Shown here: positions 54,699 to 64,000 of the stretch, piece after piece
How positions within the stretch are numbered: the stretch's first letter is position 1
How the letters are laid out: every line of letters begins with the position of its first letter
Origin: Macrostomum hystrix
Lineage: Eukaryota > Animalia > Platyhelminthes
Length of the DNA: 64,000 nt
Assembly (NCBI GenBank): GCA_950097015.1
Contig: CATNEN010000025.1
Coordinates: forward strand, 7,564,001 to 7,628,000
Direction of reading: 5' to 3'
Notes under the pieces: generated by a model
Seen by the model: only the letters and a program-made list of their open reading frames with translations
The model's database searches: none
Told to the model about the DNA's origin: nothing
Made by a program: the position numbers and the translations under genes

Positions 54699-57600
54699 GC
54701 AGCAGCAGCGGCAGCAGCTAGAGGAAGCACTGGAACGATTGAAACGCGAAAATCAACAGCTTGTAAGCAGCAGTAATAATATCGGTTCATTGGTACCCAA
54801 TTAGGCTAACAGGCAACTTCCAGTTGGCAAATTGACAACCCGACATTTTGCAAGCAACCTACCATTTGTACAGGCACAACCATCAGCTCACAGGCAACCT
54901 ACCAGCTGACAGGCAATCCAACCAGCTCACTGACAACACCACCAGCTCACTGACAACACCACCAGCTCACTGACAACACCACCAGCTCACTGACAACACC
55001 ACCAGTTCACTGACAACACCACCAGCTCACTGACAACACCAACAGCTCACTGACAACACCACCAGCTCACACGCAACCCACCAGCTCACAGGCAACCCAC
55101 CAGCTCACACGCAACCCACCAGCTCACACGCAACCCACCAGCTCACACGCAACCAGTCAAGCTGATCGCTTTTGTATTTATTTCAGTCCGAGCGCTGTCA
55201 GCAGGCGGCTGAAAATGACGAACGCGTGCGCGGCCTGAAGAAGCGAAACGCCGAATTGGCGGCGATAGCCCGCCGACTGGAGGAGAAAACCAAAGTGCAG
55301 CAGGAGAAAAGCGCCTACGAACTGGAGGCGGTGAGCCGAAATGTTTTATAATTCTACTGTCAGTAGCTAGCAAAGGAAATTCAATTCTAATTTTCGACAG
55401 AGCCAAGTCGCCATAGCCGATCTGCGGCGTCAGCTGGCGGATCGCGATCGCGAGCTGGAATCGTTGAGACTGCTCAACAGCGCCAGGGAAGCCCAGCTGC
55501 GGGTGAGTCGGGATAATTCAGACCAAGGGAAACGATCGCTTGTTTGCAGAGCACTCGCCTGACTCAAGTAGAAAGTATTCTTAAGTCGATTCGCATTGTT
55601 TATTTAGTCAACAGCCAATCTGGACTCCGAGACGCTTGAGAGCATGCTCAGAACTGCCGAACGAGACCGACTCGTTCTGGAGAGACAGCTGGCCTGGAGC
55701 CGGGTGAGGCGAATAAGGATTGGGACTGGGATTCAGACTGGGATCGGGATCGGGATCGGGATCGGGATTGGGATTGGGATTGTGATCGGATTGGGATTGA
55801 GATCGGGATTGGGATCGGGACTTGGACTGGGATTGGAATCGGGACTTGGAATGGGATCGGACTGGAATTCGGACTGGGATCGGGATCGGGATCGGGATTG
55901 GGATTGTGATCGGAATCGGGATCGGGATTGAGATCGGGATTGGGATTGAGATTGGGATGGGGTCCGGGATTGGGATCGGGACTTGGGCTGGGATCGGGAC
56001 TGGGATCAGGATTGAGATCGGGATTGGGATTAAGATTGGGATTGGGACTGGGATTGGCTGCGGGATTGGGATCGGGACTTGGACTGGGATCGGGATTGGG
56101 ATTGGGGCTGGGATTCGGACTGGGATCGGGATTAGGATTGTGATCGGGATCGGGATCGGGATTGAGATCGGGATTGGTATTGAGATTAGGATTGGGATTG
56201 GGTCTGGGATTAAGTCCGGGATTGGGATCGGGATTGGGATCGGGACTTGGACTGGGATCGGGACTTGGACTGGGATCGGGACTTGGACTGGGATCGGGAC
56301 TTGGACTGGGATCGGGACTTGGACTGGGATCGGGACTTGGACTGGGATCGTGACTGGGATCGGGACTGGGATCAGGATTGAGATCGGGATTGGGATTAAG
56401 ATTGGGATTGGGACTGGGATTGGCTGCGGGATTGGGATCGGGACTTGGACTGGGATCGGGATTGGGATTGGGGCTGGGATTCGGACTGGGATCGGGATTG
56501 GGATTGTGATCGGGATCGGGATCGGGATTGAGATCGGGATTGGTATTGAGATTAGGATTGGGATTGGGTCTGGGATTAAGTCCGGGATTGGGATCGGGAT
56601 TGGGATCGGGACTTGGACTGGGATCGGGACTTGGACTGGGATCGGGACTTGGACTGGGATCGGGACTTGGACTGGGATCGGGACTTGGACTGGGATCGTG
56701 ACTGGGATTGGGATTGGGATTTTGATTGGGACAGGGATCGGAACAGGGATTGGAATTGGGATCGGAACAGGGACTGGAATCGGGATTGGGATCGGGACTG
56801 GGATTGAGCAAAATTGGGATACAGGAACTGGTACTTACTACTGAGAGAGCAGAAACTAGGATTGTGACGCAGACAGAGCTTTGGGCACCGGACAGCAAGT
56901 TGGGCTGTCGCAGGAAGCTGCCGATGCACAAAAAGTTCCCCATTTTCAGTCCGTAGCAGTCAGTTGGATCAGACAGTTTTATCCTAAATTTTCGTTACAC
57001 TTTCTTTCCAAATCTGAAACCGAAGTTTCTGAATTCTCATTGACCAGAGCAGCTGTTTTCAACTCAGCGGCTGATAAAAAATCATCGGCGATGCAAAGCC
57101 AGCCCCTTGAGCAGAAATTTGAAACTGCCAGGGACACTGCTCGATCGAATCCCTTGAAAAGTGCACCCCGCAAAGCCGAGATGCAGGATGCAATGAGAGT
57201 ATGGGGATTCTGGTCTACAAGGGGATCAGAACAGAGCGAGTGCTCAGCGGCTCATGATTCGTTGATTTCGAGATTGGTCGGGAGAAAGAAAAGAGGCTAT
57301 TTTAGAACGCGCCTCTTGCCTGCACTGGGGTCCCCATGCAGTTCTATTTTACTTTTTCCCATTTCCACGCTCCCCTCTCCTGTCTCTCAGACTGTGGATT
57401 GTGGATTGAGATTTTGTTTAGCTGGGCCTGCTTAAGGGGAACAAGGAAATTGGCGAACAAATTGCCTGCACGAGTTGGGTTTGGAAATCTGCCAAGAGCC
57501 TGTACAAAGTCTATTTTGGTCTATCCGTTGCTTCTAGGAGCAGCAGCAGCAGCAGCAATCGGTAGTTGGCGCGACTTCAACCTGGGAGCCGGCGCAGAGG

Positions 57601-60600
57601 GAGCGACTAGCCCTGCTCACAGTCGAAGTCAGGCGGCTTGAGCAGATCCGGCGTGAGCAGGCTGCCGAGCTGGCCGCGGTGAAGCGACAGGCCGCTCGCG
57701 TGACGCAACTGGTGAGCGAAGGAAGTTTGGTAGCGGAAGAAGAAGGTAGACAAGCAGAGGAAGAAGGGTTGACAAGTAGACAGACGCAAAACTTAACGTA
57801 AAAGTTTTTTTTTAATTTGATTTATCAATTTTTCTACGATTGAAAGCCAATAAATCTTAACAAAAACGGTACAAAACACGCCAACCCCTAAACACGCCAA
57901 CCCCTAAACACGCCAACCCCTAAACACGTCTATATTTTTAGCGTCTAGCGTTTAGCTACAACCCCTACACACGCCAACCCCTAAACACACCAACCCCTAC
58001 AACCCTTACCCACGTTAACCCCTAAACACGCCAACCCCTACAACCCCTACACACGCTAACCCCTAAACACGCCAACCCCTAAACACGCCAACCCCTACAC
58101 ACACCAAACCCTAAACACGCCACCCCCTAAACACACCAACCCCTACACACGCCAACCCCCAACCCCTAAACACACCAAATCAATGACAGAATCACTCGAA
58201 AAAGCCCTAACTAGAGACAGCGAGATGCCAGCATGACAAGGTAGCAATTTTTAATCCGCAGGAAACCTCAGTGTCGGCTAAAAACAGCGAAGTTGAGCAG
58301 CTCCGTGCTCATCTTAAAGAGTACACGGCACAGAACGCTCTGCTAGTGAGTGTCTGATTGTGATTCTCTAAAACTGGATTCAACCAGGTTGCCAGAATTT
58401 TCTTGTGAGTAATCTGTCTAAAAATGATCTTTTTAACTTACTTTAACTTACAATTTTTCCAGGAGCAGCAATTGAACGGACTGCATGAGGACAACACTTC
58501 ACTGTCTATTAAGTTCTCGGATCTGCAAACCCAACTGCAACATGCTGATGAGGTTAGCTGCCATATTATCTCCCCTAACTTGGGCGTAAATTGCACGACA
58601 AGCCCCCGAGCCTTCTCTCCGTGGCGCGCCCGAAAATAAATGAGACCTCGCCGCGGAATCGAGCTCAGGGACCCTTGCAGGAGTAGCTTTGACTGCAACT
58701 CCTCGTCATGTAATTAGTGCAGCGGATTCATCACAGAAGCAGAAATAATAGAACTGTATTCGAAGTGTCGCGGCTAGATAAAAGTGCAGACTCAAGAGGC
58801 GGCAAGACCTCGCTCCAGGGCCGTGCAGCTCTGAAATGAGTCTACAACAATCCTTCTCTGCCACCCAGGTCTCAAAGAAGTCAGCGAGTATAATAGAGTT
58901 GCTTTGCCCAATGCGCACTGCGGCTCCTATTGACACAGCGAGTCAAGGCGGGAGTGATCTTGAGAGGAGTGAAAACTAAATTAGGCCTCGCTGGGGTGGG
59001 AGTAGTAACTCCGATGAAAGGCGGTGCAATCGGGTACTAGCTGAGCTCTAGCACAAAAGCTGGCGCGAAAGATTCAGTAGAATAGCGAATGCAAATAAAC
59101 ACACACTGGTATTAATAATGTAAAGCAAAGGACAAACAGAGAGACGGACTGGAGGATTAAGGCCTCCCCGCGATTTCAGTAGCCGTTGGGATATTTCGTC
59201 TCTATGGGATGTTTATGAAGTGTCGGTTTTCGGGAAATTGATTGAGCTTTCTTTTATGCTCCTTGGTTTTCTACATTTTTATTTAGGCCACATAATATCT
59301 GAACTTTTACTAAACCACTCAGGTAATGCAATCAACCAGACGATTAGAAGAGGCCTTAATTAATTCGGATCGCGACCTGCAACAGAGCCGAAGAGACATG
59401 GAACTAATGAGGTGCCAGATGGCCTCCAACGAGCTCATTATGAAGGTAATTAGGAAAAGGAACAGAATTGTGATTCTTAGACATTCGAAGGAAACCCCTT
59501 TGAGTTTAGCTTAAAGGCTATTCCTGTTCATCAAAGAAATCCCTGTTGCTCTATTTTTAGCTCATAGGCTATTCCTCTCCAGTGAGTCATTCCCATTAGA
59601 TCTATTTTTAGCAAAACGACCTTGAACCCATTTCTATTTTTAGCACATGAGGGAATCACTAGAGAAAAAGCGCGAATTGGAGACCGAACAGGCCAGGCTA
59701 AGGCGGCTTATAGAAGAAAAATCGAGCGAAAGTTCCTTTGACAAAACGGTAAGAAACAAACTTTCTGTCATCTCCCTTAAAAAATGATTTAATTCCCAGA
59801 AGGTTTCCTTCTTCGAAAAGTCCCGCGTTCAGCTAGATCTGGAGATATGCTTAGGAAAAATAGGGAGATTAGGCTGGAAAATCTAAGCAGAAGTCTGTTT
59901 CCAACACACACGCGCTGTCCTAATCCCTGTATGCACGTGCATCTTCCTTCTTTTCAAACTAATTTACTCCACTGCTCCTCTGTTCCTAATTTAAAATTCG
60001 TAACCCCTGCGTCCGGTCTCCTCTGAGACTGGCTGCTGGCCACTCGACCCTGCAGTGACTGAGCTGAGCTTCCCTGCCTGTCTGTTAGAGAATTCAATCT
60101 TTCATCTGCTCGGCTGTCCCAAACGCTGTTTGACTGTTCTAGCCTGCCTGTCTGGCCTGCTCTCAATGTCCTTGTTTTAAAAAAGTCTGCTTTTTTCTAC
60201 ACGCTCCCTCGCAAGATAGCTTCCTTTGCTAAATACGAATGGCAGACACAAAAACTTCTAGTGCTGCTGAATTATTCACTCATTATTCACTCTCTACATC
60301 TCCCCTTCCCTGACTTTCTTTCTCTCTCACTCTCTGACTCTCTCCCACTGACTCTCACTCTTTGACTCTCTCTCTCTGACTCTCTCTCCCTATCTGACTC
60401 TCTCCCTATCTGACTCTCTCCCTATCTGACTCTCTCCCTCTCTGACTCACCCTCCCTCCGTGACTCTCTCCCTCTCTGACTCCCCCTCCCTCCGTGACTC
60501 TCTCCCTCTCTGACTCTTTCCTCTCTGACTCTCTCCCTCTCTGACTCCCTCCCTCTCTGACTCCCTCCCTCTCTGACTCCCTCCCTCTCTGACTCTCTCC

Positions 60601-62768
60601 CTCCCTGACAGTCTCCCTCCCTCGCTAATTGTCTCCCTCTGTCCCGTCCAGGCTCTTGCTTCTCCGCCTCTCGCAGCACGCTTGGTTTCCCCCCGACCCA
60701 TCCTCCCTGTCCTCCTCCATCATTTTTGTCTGTCAGTCGGGCCAGCAGCATTAAATGGAAGTAAAAGTTAGCGCTAGTCGTACTGCAGGCTTCTAGTACA
60801 GCCAATTTCAGTTGATGAGCACTTCTCAATCCACTCATTCGTCTATCGTGTTCGGCGTGAAGCTCTGTTCGCACTCGCTGTCCTCCGGATTCCACCTTTT
60901 TGATAGCTTTTATTCTTAGTTTCCTTTCTCCCTGAAAGCTACGGGATCATCAATGACCAAAGCTTGTAGTCAAGCAGCTTTATAAGCAGCTCTGAGAAAG
61001 TTTCGCTACAGTACGTTGTAGACAAAGTTTTCTTCTAAAGTTCGCTTCTTCTTCTACGAGTTTTGAATTTCTCTTTGAATCCAACTTTTCAAATTAGTTT
61101 TCATCCATCTTTGTCTGTTCGGTTTCATCTTTCTTTATCTTGTCTGATTTAAATTGCTTCCCACCCTGCATCTCTTATCTGGCCCTGCATCTCTTATCTG
61201 GCCCTGCATCTCTTATCTGGCCCTGCATCTCTTATCCCACTCTGCATCTCTTTTCCCACCCTGCATCTCTTATCTGACCCTACATCTCTTTTCCCACCCT
61301 GCATCTCTTTTCTGACCCTGCATCTCTTTTCCCACCCTGCATCTCTTTTCCCACCCTGCATCTCTTATCCCACCCTGCATCTCTTATCCCACTCTGCATC
61401 TCTTTTCCCACCCTGCATCTCTTATCTGACCCTACATCTCTTTTCCCACCCTGCATCTCTTTTCTGACCCTGCATCTCTTTTCCCACCCTGCATCTCTTT
61501 TCCCACCCTGCATCTCTTATCCCACCCTGCATCTCTTATCCCACCCTGCATCTCTTTTCCCACCCTGCATCTCTTATCCCACCCTGCATCTCTTTTCCCA
61601 CTATACATCTCTTATCTGACCCTGCATCTCTTTTCCCACCCTACATCTCTTTTCCCACCCTACATCTCTTTTCCCACCCTGCATCTCTTTTCCCACCCTG
61701 CATATCTTATCCCACCCTGCATCTCTTATCCCACTCTGCATCTCTTATCCCACCCTGCATCTCTTATCCCACTCTGCATCTCTTTTCCCACCCTGCATCT
61801 CTTATCCCACCCTGCATCTCTTATCCCACTCTGCATCTCTTTTCCCACCCTGCATCTCTTTTCCCACCCTACATCTCTTTTCCCACTCTGCATCTCTTTT
61901 CCCACCCTGCATCTCTTATCCCACCCTGCATCTCTTTTCCCACTATACATCTCTTTTCCCACTCTGCATCTCTTTTCCCACTCTGCAACTCTTTTCCCAC
62001 TCTGCATCTCTTATCCCACCCTGCATCTCTTATCTGACCTCAAAAAAAGTTGTTCTTTATTCAATAAACTGTTACTCATCGATGTTGAGTAGTTCTGAAA
62101 ACACTGGCCAGTATTATTATAATAGCCACAGTCTCTATGCAAGTGTTGCTTCATATCTATTTCCCATTTCTTTGACTCTTATCTATCCATTATAAAAGTG
62201 GCGCAGGTACAGTTTGCTGAAGATCGGATGATCCGACCTCAATACACACAGCCACTGGCCCTGGCTTTAGCGGTTATTGATTAAGGCTGCCAAATGGGTC
62301 GGGGGGAGAATTTGAGGCGATAAAACTTCGACTCGCATAGATAGAGAAGAACGAGGAGAAGGGGAGTGAAAGAGAAGGGGAGATAAGAAGAAAGAGAGAG
62401 AGAGAGAGAGAGAGAGCGAACGGTACGAAGCAGATGCGCCTAGCCTACTTGGGCAAGAAACCTCTCTCTCTCTGGCATTGCTTTCAGGCAAAAATGGCCG
62501 GTTCAATGAATGGGAGTTTCTACTCAATTCTCATATACCATTTTTTAAGTTATGCGAATTTTATTTGTACTTTTGAGATTCTTTTTTTTCTCCCAGTTAT
62601 ATTTTTCCCAGGCTCTCACTTATTCAGCCAGCTCAATGTGTTTAACTTCAGTTATTCTAGAATATAACAGCGAAACTATTATTTAAAACCAATAATTTGA
62701 CAGCATTTTTATTGAATTCCTAGATTTCTCCGAGCACAACAGCGCAGGAGAATGTGGAATCAATTCGG
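53657..62768 (+). CDS. Coiled-coil N-terminal part of a probable RIMS-binding protein (RIMBP/TSPOAP1 family); gene continues beyond the window
   Basis: Exons 53657-53971, 54607-54762, 55187-55330, 55401-55502, 55608-55703, 57538-57711, 58262-58345, 58463-58552, 59323-59445, 59644-59748, 62724-62768, all GT-AG and phase 0. Peptides LKKRNAELAAIARRLEEK and IMKHMRESLEKKRELETEQARL resemble TSPOAP1/RIMBP segments recalled from memory (RKNAELAVIAKRLEE; LKHMREVAQRRQQLEVEH). The exon chain is well supported; the family call needs BLAST. Confidence 0.7.
53988..54100. repeat. 36-bp repeat, ~3 copies, RIMBP-like intron
   Basis: cctgttagataatgatgatacctgttctaatgaaca in tandem. Confidence 0.85.
54880..55155. 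repeat. 20-bp minisatellite (ACCAGCTCACTGACAACACC)
   Basis: Tandem copies. Confidence 0.9.
55717..56830. repeat. G-rich hexamer array (GGGATT/GGGATC/GGGACT)
   Basis: Direct observation; internal 366-bp duplication (56001 vs 56367). Confidence 0.95.
57885..58175. repeat. 16-bp minisatellite (AAACACGCCAACCCCT)
   Basis: Tandem copies. Confidence 0.88.
58583..58673 (-). mobile_element. Third, short copy of the same SINE
   Basis: ggcgtaaattgcacgacaagccccc...cctcgccgcggaatcgagctcagggacc matches ~46500-46590. Confidence 0.8.
60315..60610. repeat. CT-rich repeat (CTCTCTGACTC...)
   Basis: Low-complexity tandem. Confidence 0.85.
61160..62038. repeat. 20-bp minisatellite (CCCACCCTGCATCTCTTTT/AT)
   Basis: Tandem copies. 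Confidence 0.94.
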
Positions 62769-63204
62769 GTGAGTGAATGCTCTGTTGGTGAAGAAATTCA
62801 CTCAAAAAATATATTTGATTGATTAAAAGAAGTAAGGGACGATCAGATAAATTATTGATTGATAAAACTATTGAACGATTGACTGATTGACTGCTTATTT
62901 GATTGATTGGATGATTGGTTAATTATCTTTATGATTGGTTAAATTGCTAGTTGATAAATCTTCTGATGTTAAATTCCGTTAAATTCTCTTTTCTTTTATT
63001 TTTTTAAAGCATCAAATCTAAAAAATATACATAAAATAACAAATCTTAAACTACTTACAAATGCGAGGAGAAGTAGTTTATTCGAGTTTTTCGTTTCAGA
63101 AAGTATTTAATTATTAATATGATGAATGTTATCCATCTGAGTCTCTGAAACAAAGAAAAATTTTGCGTTAAAACAAAATAAATTAGAAAAATGTTTTGGA
63201 AAAT

Positions 63205-64000
63205 AGAATCGACCGAATGAAACTGGAATCGACCGAATGAAACTGGAATCGACCGAATGAAACTGGAATCGACCGAATGAAACTGGAATCGACCGTAGGG
63301 AACTAGAATCGACAGTAGGAAACTAGAATCGACCGAATGAAACTGGAATCGACCGAATGAAACTGGAATCGACCGAATGGAACTAGAATCGTCCGTAGGA
63401 AACTAGAATCGACCGTAGGGAACTAGAATCGACCGTGGGGAACTAGAATCGTCCGTAGGGAACTAGAATCCACAGTAAGGGAACTAGAATCGTCCGAAGG
63501 GAACTAGAATCGTCTGTTGAGAACTAGAATCGTCCGTAGGAAACTAGAATCGACCGTATGGAACTAGAATCGTCCGTATGAAACTAGAATCGACAGTAGG
63601 AAACTAGAATCGACCGTAGGGAACTAGAATCGACCGTAGGGAACTAGAATCGACCGTAGGGAACTGGAATCAACCGTAGGGAACTAGAATCGACCGTAGG
63701 GAACTAGAATCGACCGTAGGAAACTAGAATCGACCTTAGGGAACTAGAATCGACCGTAGGGAACTGGAATCGACCGTAGGGAACTAGAATCGATCGTAGG
63801 GAACTAGAATCGACCGTAGAGAACTAGAATCGACCGTATGGAACTAGAATCGACCTTAGGGAACTAGAATCGACCGTAGGGAACTGGAATCGACCGTAGG
63901 GAACTGGAATCGATCGTAGGGAACTAGAATCGACCGTAGAGAACTAGAATCAACCGTAGGGAACTAGAATCGACCGTAGGAAACTAGAATCGACCTTAGG
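63205..64000. repeat. 20-bp minisatellite (AACTAGAATCGACCGTAGGG), runs off the window end
   Basis: Tandem copies. Confidence 0.95.

Noticed and set aside
55648-56943. 431-aa Pro-Asn/Asp repeat ORF resembling circumsporozoite-type proteins, and a GIGI repeat ORF
   Set aside because: Translations of the hexamer array in an intron of the coiled-coil gene.
58706-58980. FETWV word suggesting a LINE APE endonuclease
   Set aside because: A single weak motif with no other conserved APE residues in frame.
59954-60895. Minus-strand ORFs inside a RIMBP-like intron (MESGGQRVRTELHAEH...)
   Set aside because: They run into CT-repeat translation, show no recognisable domain, and have no supported splice chain.

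Overview
Eukaryotic (animal) genomic DNA with spliced genes. Poly-Gln/Ala coding tracts, GC-rich exons and a different minisatellite in almost every large intron suggest the flatworm Macrostomum, but this is inference only. Six spliced protein-coding genes were reconstructed by hand from GT-AG sites with consistent phases: (1) an unknown 2-exon gene on the - strand with a pentapeptide-like repeat and a KH-like C-terminus (4574-5568); (2) an 8-exon SLC16/MCT transporter (9472-26322); (3) PGAP2/FRAG1 (31000-34324); (4) a METTL7/TMT1-like methyltransferase (41168-42053); (5) a 3-exon secreted FGF8/17/18-like ligand with a ~350-aa Arg/Lys-rich C-terminal extension, which the ORF track splits into three pieces (44531-50678); (6) the coiled-coil N-terminus of a probable RIM-binding protein (53657 to beyond the window end). 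Mobile DNA: a LOA/I-type LINE 3' fragment, a hAT MITE with an 8-bp TSD inserted into a minisatellite, a TTAA-flanked MITE, an internally deleted mariner abutting the FGF promoter, and three copies of a tRNA-derived SINE (two form an inverted pair in FGF intron 1). About 30 tandem arrays make up a large share of the window, and most long ORFs in the supplied track are artefacts of these repeats.
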